Origin: an uncultured delta proteobacterium
GTDB lineage: Bacteria > Myxococcota_A > Polyangia > Polyangiales > Polyangiaceae
Reading direction: 5' to 3'
Length of the DNA stretch: 64,000 nt
Assembly: GCA_963850305.1 (NCBI GenBank)
Contig: CAWKKR010000008.1
Location: 704,001-768,000, forward strand
The notes beneath the pieces are model-generated. The model ran no database searches and was not told where the DNA came from. It saw nothing but the letters and a program-made list of their open reading frames with translations. Position numbers and translations under genes: made by a program. Below are positions 29,465-38,216 of this stretch, in pieces (positions within the stretch are counted from its first letter, which is position 1; each line of letters starts with the position of its first letter).

Positions 29465-29715
29465 ATGTCGACGCTCCGCGTGTCCGGGCCGCCTTTCCCG
29501 ACGCTGGTGCCGACGCTCCGCGTGCCCGGGCCGCCCTTCCCGACGCTGGTGTCGACGCTCGGCGTGTCCGGGCCGCGTTTCCCAACGCTGGTGTCGACGC
29601 TCCGCGTGCCCGGGCCGCCCTTCCCGACGCTGGTGTCGACGCTCGGCGTGTCCGGGCCGCGTTTCCCGACGCTTGGCTCGCGTTGCCGGACGTCGGTGTC
29701 GCTTTCCCGAGCGCT
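29465..29715 (+). repeat. 42-bp tandem array (about 5 units, decaying 3' end)
   Basis: GTGTCGACGCTCCGCGTGYCCGGGCCGCCYTTCCCGACGCTG-type unit repeated. Confidence 0.88.
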
Positions 29716-29768
29716 CGGCGCGCGCTACCGCTGGCACGGCGCGCGTTGCCGGAGGTCCGGCACGGGTC

Positions 29769-29939
29769 CTCGAGTCCGAGATCCTGCAACAGCAAGCCGC
29801 GAACAACACGAAAGAGCAGTTCGCCAACTCACCGGATCTCGCTCTCGAGCTCGTGAACGCGATCATGGGCGCGCTCGACGCGCACACCGCGATGAGCACG
29901 CAGGCGCTGAACTCGAACGCGGTGCAGAGTGGGATGAAG
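29769..29939 (+). pseudogene. hsdR: 3' fragment of a type I restriction endonuclease R subunit
   Basis: LESEILQQQAANNTKEQFANSPDL..ELVNAIMGALDAHTAMSTQALNS resembles the C-terminus of one HsdR subfamily; no start codon, truncated. Confidence 0.7.
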
Positions 29940-29941
29940 GT

Positions 29942-30316
29942 GGCATCGTCGTCTTCGATGAGCTGGAGAAGAGCCAGAGCCACGTCCTGATCAACCAGAT
30001 GGCCGAGTACTTCGTGCGCACGGCGAACGGCCGTCTCCGCGCGTCCCGAATTCTGCCCGAACCTCTGTTTGTTCACGGCGAGCTGACGAGCCTCGTTCAG
30101 GTTGCGGACATCGCCGTCTACGTCATCTCCTGAGCGGTGCGGATCAAGGGGATGGACCCGCCCGCTCGCCCCGAGCTGGCAGACTTGGCGGACGCCGTGC
30201 GCTACCTGCGGTATCGCACGTCCGAAGAAACCCCCCACGGCACATACGACCGCTGGAGCTTCGCCTTTCTCGATGACCTGCGCCCGCGCCACGACAGGGG
30301 GGCGGAGACGAAATGA
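29942..30316 (+). pseudogene. DUF3800-family gene remnant (5'-truncated, internal TGA at 30131)
   Basis: GIVVFDELEKSQSH...PEPLFVHGELTSLVQVADIAVYVIS*...RPEL...DDLRP; QxAD motif; frame continues past the stop to TGA 30314-16. Confidence 0.72.
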
Positions 30317-30353
30317 AAAAAGGCAATGAAGATTTCTCTCCAAAGCCTCCATA
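30316..30353 (-). ncRNA. Candidate tiny RNA convergent on the DUF3800 gene
   Basis: GGAGGCTTTG-GAGA-GAAA-TCTT-CATTGCC-TTTTTT: GAAA-tetraloop hairpin plus U6, just downstream of a sigma-70-like promoter. Confidence 0.5.
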
Positions 30354-30357
30354 CGGG

Positions 30358-30386
30358 AGAATGAACCGCGGCAAAGGTATCGTCAA
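30358..30386 (-). promoter_or_regulatory. Sigma-70-like promoter
   Basis: TTGACG(30386-81), 17 nt, CATTCT(30363-58). Confidence 0.5.
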
Positions 30387-30536
30387 CCCCCGGACTGCCG
30401 GCCACCAGACGAGGCTGCGTAGTGATCGACCTTTCGGACGTGAAGCGACGGATTGACGGACACGGGAATCCCCCGATCCCGTGGACAGCAGGCGCTTCGT
30501 TTCATCCTTCGGGACGACGCGCGCGTCGATGCGGGA

Positions 30537-31148
30537 CTACTTCGCGCCCAGGGCGGCCATGACGTCGGTGACGTGCTTTTCGGGGGCGCTATCCGTGAAG
30601 ACGGAGACGACCTTGCCGTCACTTCCCACGATGAAGGTCGTCGGCCTGGCGCGACCTCCGTCGATGGGGACGCCGAAGGCCCGCGCAATTTCGAGCTTGT
30701 CGTCGGCAACGAGCAAGAAGGGGAGGTCCTCTTCCGTCGCGAAGTCGCGATGCATGATGCGGTCGTCCGCAGAGACCCCGAGGATCATCCCGATCTTGTC
30801 GTTCAGATGAAGCCAGGCGTCCCGGAATCCCGTGGCCTCCGCCACCGCCGCCGGCGTCTTGTCGGCGCCATAGAAGTAGACGACCACTGGCTTCGACAGG
30901 AACGCAGAGAGGCGCACACGCATTCCCGTGTGCGCGATCCCTTCGAAGTCCGGCGCTAGATCGCCGGCCGCGAGCAATCTGGCAGGATCGCGTTGCCAGC
31001 TCGTGTCGAGAGGGGCGGGAGGCGCCTCGTGGCCCGACGACACGCTAGCCGCGGGCGACGCGTTGCCCGCGGTGGACGACCAATGGCACGACACCACGGC
31101 GAGGCACGCGAGCGCGCCCACGGAGCGAGACCCGACTCGCGTTTTCAC
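30537..31148 (-). CDS. BCP/PrxQ-like peroxiredoxin-fold lipoprotein lacking the peroxidatic Cys
   Basis: GDLAPDF, VVVYFYGADKTPAAVAEATGFRD, ILGVSAD, LPFLLVAD, RPTTFIVGSDGKV; N-terminal lipobox-like VVS-C. Confidence 0.8.
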   Translation of the reverse strand: MKTRVGSRSVGALACLAVVSCHWSSTAGNASPAASVSSGHEAPPAPLDTSWQRDPARLLAAGDLAPDFEGIAHTGMRVRLSAFLSKPVVVYFYGADKTPAAVAEATGFRDAWLHLNDKIGMILGVSADDRIMHRDFATEEDLPFLLVADDKLEIARAFGVPIDGGRARPTTFIVGSDGKVVSVFTDSAPEKHVTDVMAALGAK

Positions 31149-34100
31149 TGGATCCCGTACTCGCGCAGCCGCCGATAAAACGTGCGGCGCGGAATGCCAC
31201 TCAGCCGCGCCGCCTGCGCTCGATTCCAGTTCGATGCGCGAAGCGCGTCGAGAATCCTCTCCCGCTCGTCGCGTCGATGATGGGATGCCGTGTCACTCGC
31301 TCCCTCCGTACGGTGAGCTCGCTCCGAAGCAGGCTTCTTTGGCGGTCGCCCCGGCACCCCTGCGACATCGCCCGGTCGTGCCCGGACCTCACGCGGCGCG
31401 GCGGAGTCCACGGGTCGCGGAAAGGTCTGGCCTTCGGGGAGATCGAAGTCCTCGGGCGCGAGGACCGGCTCGTCCGAAAGCACCCATGCATTCAGGAGCA
31501 CGTGCTCGAGCTGGCGAACATTCCCCGGCCAGTCGAACGCGGCGAGCCGGCGAAGCGCCGCGAGCGAGACGCTGCGCTTGTCGCGCTTGTACCGCGCCGC
31601 GAAGATCCCGAGGAAGTAGTCGACGAGGGGAGCAATATCCTCCGTCCGTTCGCGGAGCGGCGGCAGATGAAGGATGACGACGTGGATCCGGTAGAACAGA
31701 TCCTCCCGGAAGGTCCCCGCGCGCACCATGGACTCGAGATCGCGGTGCGTCGCGAACATGAGGCGAACGTCGATGTTCTGCTCTTCGTTACCGCCGACAG
31801 GCCGCACCTTTCGCTCCTGAAGCACCCGGAGAAGGCTCGTCTGCATCCGTTGCGGCATCTCGCCGATCTCGTCGAGGAGCAGCGTGCCGCCGTGTGCTTC
31901 ACGAAATAGCCCCTTCCTTTCACGATCGGCGCCGGTGAAGGCGCCGCGGGTATGCCCGAAGAGCTCGCTCTCGAGCAGATGCTCGGGCACGGCCGCGCAA
32001 TTGAGGCCGAAGAACGGAAGCTCCGCGCGGGAAGATGCGCGATGGATGGCTCTCGCCGCCAGTTCCTTGCCGGTGCCGCTCTCACCGGTGATGAGCACGG
32101 GAACATCGGCTTCCTTGATCCGTTCGATGAGGGCGTAGACACGCCGCATGGCCGCGCTCGTGCCAACCAGGCCCTGGTAGCCGAAGTGCCCATAAAGCGT
32201 GTCGCGGGCATCGCGGAGTTTCTGGCGGGCGCGCCGGAGCTGGGCCGTCCGATCGCCGAGTAACTCCTTGAGCTCGGCCTGTGCCTTCTTGAGCTCCTCA
32301 TTTGCGGCGTGCAGGGCGTCGGCGCGGTCCGCATTTTCTCGTAAGAGCGTCGTGGTTTCGAGAGCGATACCGACCTGATCGGCAAATGCCTGGAGCGTCG
32401 GCAGCTCGCGCTCGAAGTTGAAGCCGGCGCGGAGTCGGGTCTCCACGTATAGGGCACCGATTGCATCGCCCGCGCGCGCACGAATCGGCACGCAGGCGAC
32501 GCTCTCGAGCGGAAGAACGTGCACGGACTTCGTGCCCAGAAAACGAGCATCGCCCTTGGCATTCACGGCGACGATGGGTTCCCCGCTGAGGACGACCCGC
32601 TCCGCGACCGACCGAGAGAATTCGGCGTGAGCAGGGTCGCCGACGCGTGCGCGCGAGGTGTGAACGGCGAGCGCGCCGCTCGCGTCTCTGAGCAGCACGA
32701 ACCCACGTTCGGCGCGTAGCATGTCGACGGCATGATCGGTCACCCTCGCCGCGAGACGGCCGAGGTCCACTTCCGTGAGAAGCTCCGCGTTGACCTCGAG
32801 GATCCGCGCGAGCCGCCGCTCGAGAGGCGTCGTGGTGAGCGACGCGATTGATGACGTACCGGAGCCGAAGTCGATGCGCTCCGCCGGTGGTCCGCGCTGC
32901 AGACGGGTCGGGGCAGCGCCCAGCGTCTCCGCGACGAGCGCACGTAGACGGCGGCGGCGCGGATCGTTCCAGAACACCTCGCGCAGGTCGCGCGGGAGCC
33001 GCGCCGCGATCTCCTCGAGAACGGCGAGGGCCTCCTCGCGATCGCGGCGCGCCGAGACGGGTTGCTCGGAGACGTCCGCGATCTCACTTCGTACCTCGAG
33101 TGCGCGCCAGACGAACTCTCGCTGCGTCGCTTCCCGAGCGGAATCGAGGGCGGTCGTCAGTTCCTTCCTCGCACGCTGCTCGTCACGCGACGCCCACGCG
33201 ACGCTGGCGCGCGCGAGCGCGAGCAACGGCCGGTGCGCGTGAGATCCACGGAGCTCGTTGCCGGCGCGCTCGACGAGCTTCGTCAGTGCGTCCGGGTCCG
33301 AGTCACCGGCGCGGGCTGCGACCAGAACCCCTTCGAGTCGCGCCTCGGCGGAATCGACGAAACGCCCGAGCTCGGCATACGCATCGGCGCACGCGGCGTA
33401 TGCGGATGCTGCCCGCGCGGTCTCGTCCGTCCGGCTCGCGAGCTCCGCCTCGAGACCGAGAAGCTGAGCCTGGGCGGCGCGGGGGAGATCCTGGCGTTGC
33501 GCGCCGAGCGCGTCGATGCTCGTCCTAGCGCGGGCCAGGCGGCCCAGGTAGAGGTCCGTGTTGGCGAGGTTCAAGAGCGCCTGTCGCAGCGTCGCGAGAC
33601 GTCCGGAGCGGCGCCCCATGTCGACCGCGGCCTCGAATCGCTCCATGGCGCCCGCGATGTCGCCGCTGATCTTCAACAGACACGCCAGGTTGAGGTGTGC
33701 CGTCCCGAGAACACCAGCGTCCCCTGCCTCCTCTGCCGCCGAGATGGCTCGCTCGTACGCCGCCCGCGCGCCGACAGCGTCGTCCGCTCGCTGAAGCACG
33801 GAACCGAGGCACGAGTTTGCCAGGGCTTCTATGCGCTTCGATCCCAGGGCGGCCGCGCGCGAAACGGCCTCATCGAGCGCGCCGCGAGCCGAGGCTTGGT
33901 CGCCCGTGTAGGCAAGGGCGAGTCCCCGGTATGCGAGCGCCTCCGCCGCGAAGGCGTCCGTGCCGCGACTCACGGCGTCCAGGAGTTCGAGCGCCGAGGC
34001 GTAGTCGCCTAGTCCGACCTGGGCGCGCCCGAGGCAGACGGCCCACGCCGATGCCGCGGGCGAGCCTGCCCGCGCCGACGCCAGCTCCGACACGCCGAGG

Positions 34101-35617
34101 AGTCGATCCCGCGCCGCCTGTGCGCTGCCGATGCCGAATTCGATGCGAGCCCAGGCGATCGCGAGCTCCAGCTCGTCCGCGTCTCGAAGGACCTCGAGCA
34201 CACATCGCGCGTCCGTGTAACGGCCGCGATCGAGGAGCGACACGGCCTGCGCCAGCGAGTCCCCGGGCAGTACCGACGCCGCCTCGTCGAAGTCGTTCAC
34301 GAGGTCCTCGAGATCCCGTTCGGATGCAACGGCGCGCCTGGCGGCACGGCGCACGAAGCGCCGGAGTTCCCCCGGCCGACCTTCGCAACGGTCGACGAGA
34401 CGGCGCGCGAGTCGATCGGTCAGGGACGGCAGAGCGCGGCGCACGAGCTCCAGCGATGCATGAACCGACAGCGGGGGAACGTCGAAGACCGGCCCCGGCC
34501 CGAGCTCCCCGACCACGACGAGGCGCGCTCCATCGGTCCGCGCGCGGAGCAACGCCGCCCGGCCCTCCGTAGCGACGCGCTCGAGGTCGTCGACCAGCAG
34601 CGTGATTCCGCGCATCGATGCGGCTCCGGAAAACTCGGCCTGCAACGCCGCGGCGTCGGGTCCCACGACATCGTCGATCCAGACGAGGGGACGTCCCTCG
34701 ACGCCGAGCGACCACGCCAGCCGGCGGAGGAGCACGCTGCGTCCCGATCCGGGCGCGCCACGGATCGAGAGCACCTGACCGTCGGCGAGGTCGCGGACCG
34801 TCGCCAGCAGGCGTTCCGCGATCGATTCGGTGCCGACGATCGGCCAGAGCTCGGCCGGCGCATTCCACGATGCTGCCGGCTCGCCCAGCTTCGCGGCGCG
34901 GCGCAGCGCGATCGCGAACTCGTCCGCGGAGGGAAAGCGGTCCTCCGCGCGAGCGGCGGTGGCGCGCGTGGCGACCGAACGCAGCTCGTCGCGCATTGCG
35001 TTCAGCGACGCGTCGAAAGCGTCGATCACTTCCCGGAGCGCGACGCCCAGCGCGTAGATCTCGGCCCGGACGGTCAACGGCTTTCCCTCGAACAGCTCCG
35101 GCGCAGCGTACTTCGGCGTGAGTCCCTCCGCGACGGTTCCCGCGGTTCGAAAGGGTGCCGCCAACCCGAGATCGACGAGTGTCGCTCGACCACCATCTTC
35201 GACGATGACGTTCGCGGGCTTCACGTCCCCGTGGAGCAGCCCCGCGCGATGCAGGAGCGTCAGCTGCTCCGCGGCCGCAGCGAGCGCGTCGAAGCAGCGC
35301 GCCGAGTCGGTGCGCTCGTCGATCCACTCCGCGAGGCTCCGCCCCTCGACGAGCTCGCGCACCATGAACGGACGTCCGTCACGCGGGAGGCGCCCGAACA
35401 GGAGCACGCGCGGCACGCCGAGCCCCTCGAGTCCCGAGAGCGTGACGGCTTCTCGGACCAGCGCGTTCATCTCACTCTCGGTCGCGTCCTCCGCGAGCAC
35501 CTTGAGCGCGCGAGGCTGGCCCGTGTGACGATCGCGCACCGCCCACACTTCGCCGCCGCCGCCCTTGCCCAGGCGCGACATCGGTTCGTACCGCGGCGGG
35601 AGCTCGAGCGCCGTCAC
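31145..35617 (-). CDS. Ser/Thr kinase - degenerate NTPase - TPR - GAF - sigma-54 AAA+ - Fis HTH activator
   Basis: GKGGGGEV, ALKVL, HGDVKPAN, DLGLA; GAPGSGRS; TPR-like helices; GESGTGKE, GAFTGA, LLLDEIG, WPGNVRQLE, HTH. Confidence 0.92.
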   Translation of the reverse strand: MTALELPPRYEPMSRLGKGGGGEVWAVRDRHTGQPRALKVLAEDATESEMNALVREAVTLSGLEGLGVPRVLLFGRLPRDGRPFMVRELVEGRSLAEWIDERTDSARCFDALAAAAEQLTLLHRAGLLHGDVKPANVIVEDGGRATLVDLGLAAPFRTAGTVAEGLTPKYAAPELFEGKPLTVRAEIYALGVALREVIDAFDASLNAMRDELRSVATRATAARAEDRFPSADEFAIALRRAAKLGEPAASWNAPAELWPIVGTESIAERLLATVRDLADGQVLSIRGAPGSGRSVLLRRLAWSLGVEGRPLVWIDDVVGPDAAALQAEFSGAASMRGITLLVDDLERVATEGRAALLRARTDGARLVVVGELGPGPVFDVPPLSVHASLELVRRALPSLTDRLARRLVDRCEGRPGELRRFVRRAARRAVASERDLEDLVNDFDEAASVLPGDSLAQAVSLLDRGRYTDARCVLEVLRDADELELAIAWARIEFGIGSAQAARDRLLGVSELASARAGSPAASAWAVCLGRAQVGLGDYASALELLDAVSRGTDAFAAEALAYRGLALAYTGDQASARGALDEAVSRAAALGSKRIEALANSCLGSVLQRADDAVGARAAYERAISAAEEAGDAGVLGTAHLNLACLLKISGDIAGAMERFEAAVDMGRRSGRLATLRQALLNLANTDLYLGRLARARTSIDALGAQRQDLPRAAQAQLLGLEAELASRTDETARAASAYAACADAYAELGRFVDSAEARLEGVLVAARAGDSDPDALTKLVERAGNELRGSHAHRPLLALARASVAWASRDEQRARKELTTALDSAREATQREFVWRALEVRSEIADVSEQPVSARRDREEALAVLEEIAARLPRDLREVFWNDPRRRRLRALVAETLGAAPTRLQRGPPAERIDFGSGTSSIASLTTTPLERRLARILEVNAELLTEVDLGRLAARVTDHAVDMLRAERGFVLLRDASGALAVHTSRARVGDPAHAEFSRSVAERVVLSGEPIVAVNAKGDARFLGTKSVHVLPLESVACVPIRARAGDAIGALYVETRLRAGFNFERELPTLQAFADQVGIALETTTLLRENADRADALHAANEELKKAQAELKELLGDRTAQLRRARQKLRDARDTLYGHFGYQGLVGTSAAMRRVYALIERIKEADVPVLITGESGTGKELAARAIHRASSRAELPFFGLNCAAVPEHLLESELFGHTRGAFTGADRERKGLFREAHGGTLLLDEIGEMPQRMQTSLLRVLQERKVRPVGGNEEQNIDVRLMFATHRDLESMVRAGTFREDLFYRIHVVILHLPPLRERTEDIAPLVDYFLGIFAARYKRDKRSVSLAALRRLAAFDWPGNVRQLEHVLLNAWVLSDEPVLAPEDFDLPEGQTFPRPVDSAAPREVRARPGDVAGVPGRPPKKPASERAHRTEGASDTASHHRRDERERILDALRASNWNRAQAARLSGIPRRTFYRRLREYGIQ

Positions 35618-35629
35618 CGTGCAAGTCGC

Positions 35630-36523
35630 TCAGAGCCCGTAATCGCCACCGAACCCGAAGAAGAAGCCGCTCGTGCCGAAGCCGAGATCCACGCGGCCCG
35701 CGAACTCCTTCGCCACCTTGAAGCGAAAGCCTGTCTGGAGCGTCAGCCAGGGGAAGACAATTGGCTTCGAGCCGCCGTTCGCCCAGCTCGGCTCGGACGA
35801 CCCGTAGTGCCCGGTGTTGTCGCAGTACGTTGGGTCAGGGTCGAACGGGCCGGCGCACTTGGAGTAGTTGTTCGGACTTTGACCCGTTGCGGTCGGGTAC
35901 GACTGAGTCCTGGTGAGATTGCCGAACACGAAGCCCAGGCCCGCACCGAGCCCGTAGTTCAGCGCAAACTCGGGGGTGAACTCATGACTCCAGAGAAAGT
36001 CCGAGGTCAGATAAAGAAGGTCGAGCTTCGAGTTGACGAGCTCCCAGGCGGTCTGGGGGTCGTTCTTCCCTTTGAACGCCGTGTCGCCCATGCTGTAGAA
36101 GGCGAGCCACGCGCTCAGGTTGTATTCGAAGCCGTCCTTGCGAATCGCAAACTCGGGGCCGATCCCGTTCACGTAGACGGTGCGCCCCCCCGACGCGAAC
36201 AGGTTCTCCATGAACTTCGGCACGACGATGCCGCGGTACCGCACGCCGACGAAGTAGTAGGTCTTCCCCGGAAGCTCGACGGCGGAATCGCCCGCCTGCG
36301 CTTCGGCGACCATCTCCTCCCTGTTCCTGTCGTCCGACTTCTTCTCGGAGGACGCCTTGGGTGCGGCGTCGCTCGCGGCTCCGGTCGCAGCAGAGTCGTC
36401 CTTCTCGGGCGCAGCGTCCGTGTCGCTACTGGAGTCCGCCGGCTCGGCGTGAACGATCGGCGCGAGTAGCGCACCCGCGACCACCAGAGACGACAACCTC
36501 GCCTTCGATATCAGACGCTCCAT
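35630..36523 (-). CDS. Secreted protein, probable outer-membrane beta-barrel
   Basis: Signal peptide MERLISKARLSSLVVAGALLAPIVHA; amphipathic strands rich in aromatics; ends FGFGGDYGL. Confidence 0.65.
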   Translation of the reverse strand: MERLISKARLSSLVVAGALLAPIVHAEPADSSSDTDAAPEKDDSAATGAASDAAPKASSEKKSDDRNREEMVAEAQAGDSAVELPGKTYYFVGVRYRGIVVPKFMENLFASGGRTVYVNGIGPEFAIRKDGFEYNLSAWLAFYSMGDTAFKGKNDPQTAWELVNSKLDLLYLTSDFLWSHEFTPEFALNYGLGAGLGFVFGNLTRTQSYPTATGQSPNNYSKCAGPFDPDPTYCDNTGHYGSSEPSWANGGSKPIVFPWLTLQTGFRFKVAKEFAGRVDLGFGTSGFFFGFGGDYGL

Positions 36524-36645
36524 GTCGATCCTCCCGTTCCCGCAGCGGTCGCCGCGTAGCTCGCGACACGGCGGGACAAAAGACTCAAGGCGGGCGCATT
36601 CTGCCATGGCCTTCCGCCGCGAGTACACGGCCAAATTGGGCGCCG

Positions 36646-36918
36646 TCAGCGACCCGACGCGGCTTCCTGGAGCTTCGCGAGCTCGCGCTCCAGGCGCTTG
36701 ACCGTTCGCTGGAGGTCTTTCATGTCCTCGGCCGTGGCGAGCCGGAGCGCACTCGCCAGGTGCTTCGCCTGCTCGCTGGTGAAGGAATTGACCTTCCCCG
36801 GGACCTGGATGGCGGTCATGAGCACCTTCGTGAACTGCGGGTTTTGCATGAGCTTCATGACACGCGGATCGCCCATCATCTGCATCCCGCGCTTCATCAT
36901 CTCGTCTTTGATGCCCAT
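36646..36918 (-). CDS. Small hypothetical protein with coiled-coil C-terminus
   Basis: 90-aa ORF, good codon usage, LATAEDMKDLQRTVKRLERELAKL. Confidence 0.75.
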   Translation of the reverse strand: MGIKDEMMKRGMQMMGDPRVMKLMQNPQFTKVLMTAIQVPGKVNSFTSEQAKHLASALRLATAEDMKDLQRTVKRLERELAKLQEAASGR

Positions 36919-37031
36919 ATGCTCACCTTCCCCGACAAGGGGGCCTTTCGCCGCGCGTCATAACATAGGCAAGCGTCGTCGCGAGAGATCGGACGCTCGA
37001 AAGATGCCCGCGTTCGCGATAAGCTGGAGAC

Positions 37032-37493
37032 GTGCGGGTAGCGATTCTCGCGGGTATGTGCGTGGCGAACCTCGGGATCGGGTTTGGCTGCAGCCCTTAT
37101 GTCGATCGCGGCGAGACCCTTTATCGCGAGGGCCGCTACGTGGAGGCGGCCGAGGTTTTCGAGCTGACCGAGCAGCGACTCGCATCGTCTTCGCCCAGCG
37201 TGCGGGCGGAGTATGGCCTGTTTCGCGGAATGACGTTTCTGCGGCTCGACGACCTGACCAGCGCACGACGGTGGCTCGGCTACGCCGGCGCCCTCGAACA
37301 GAATGACCCCGAGCTGTTCGAGGGGACGAAGCTCGCGCTGCTGGAGCGCGCGTGGGCGGAGCTCGACCAGCGCTCCCGCGCGGTCCCGCCCAACGTCGGC
37401 GACCCGCCGAGACTCGCGACCGAAGAACCGGCGAGCACGGGGCTCGTCGCCGGCCCGGCCGCCAACGGACGGCGCGCCGTGGCGCCGCAATAG
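37032..37493 (+). CDS. TPR-like lipoprotein
   Basis: GFG-C lipobox; DRGETLYREGRY...YGLFRGMTFLRL..ARRWL. Confidence 0.7.
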   Translation: MRVAILAGMCVANLGIGFGCSPYVDRGETLYREGRYVEAAEVFELTEQRLASSSPSVRAEYGLFRGMTFLRLDDLTSARRWLGYAGALEQNDPELFEGTKLALLERAWAELDQRSRAVPPNVGDPPRLATEEPASTGLVAGPAANGRRAVAPQ

Positions 37494-37563
37494 TTCTCGA
37501 GCATCGGGCTCCGGCGGAGGCGCTCTGAGCCGGCAACGGTGATGCTACGATGCGACCACGCAC

Positions 37564-38181
37564 GTGGTGGACGCACGCGGAGTCGGGCCGAGAGCCGTCG
37601 TATTGGGCGCGCTCGTTTTCTTGGCGGTACCCGCGCGGGCGTCGTGCTTCGACGGGGTGAAGAACGGCCCCGAAAGCGACGTGGACTGCGGCGGAGATTG
37701 CCCGGCGTGCGAGCGCGGCCAATCGTGCGGCGTTCCCGACGATTGCTATAGCGGGCGATGCGCGGAAGGGCTCTGCGCCGAACAGGAACGTGAGCCCGGC
37801 GAAGCCGTTCCGGACGGGTATCGCGTCGAGCCGAGCGAGGCGGACAGCGCTGCCATCACGCGAACGATCGGCTGGATCTCCCTCGGGGTGGGGTACGGCG
37901 CGGCGTATGCGTCGGAGCTCTCCCTTCCGGGACAGCTCGGCTGGTTGCTCGCTCCGGTGGTCGGACCGTGGATCAAGGTGGCGGATTCCTCCCAGGAGCG
38001 GCGTGGACTGATCGCGGTCGACGGTCTCTTCCAGACGGTGGGCGCCGCGCTCGTGGTCGGAGGCATCGTCGCGAGTGGCGAGCAGCTCGTTCGCGACGCG
38101 CCGACTCGCGTGAGCTGGGACGTCACTCCGATGCTCGCCGGCAAGGACGGCTGCGGCGTGTGGGTCGTGGGGACCTTCTGA
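37564..38181 (+). CDS. Exported Cys-rich membrane protein
   Basis: Signal peptide, CFDGVKNGPESDVDCGGDC Cys-rich module, C-terminal hydrophobic segments. Confidence 0.7.
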   Translation: MVDARGVGPRAVVLGALVFLAVPARASCFDGVKNGPESDVDCGGDCPACERGQSCGVPDDCYSGRCAEGLCAEQEREPGEAVPDGYRVEPSEADSAAITRTIGWISLGVGYGAAYASELSLPGQLGWLLAPVVGPWIKVADSSQERRGLIAVDGLFQTVGAALVVGGIVASGEQLVRDAPTRVSWDVTPMLAGKDGCGVWVVGTF

Positions 38182-38216
38182 CGAGCGAATGCGCCGGTTC
38201 GGAGCGTCGTTCGCCT

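Noticed and set aside
29144..29715. Possible CRISPR array
   Set aside because: Units are contiguous with no unique spacers, and no cas genes are in the window
30131..30133. In-frame TGA as selenocysteine or recoding
   Set aside because: The gene is also 5'-truncated, a TGG-to-TGA nonsense change explains it, and TGA is a normal stop throughout the window
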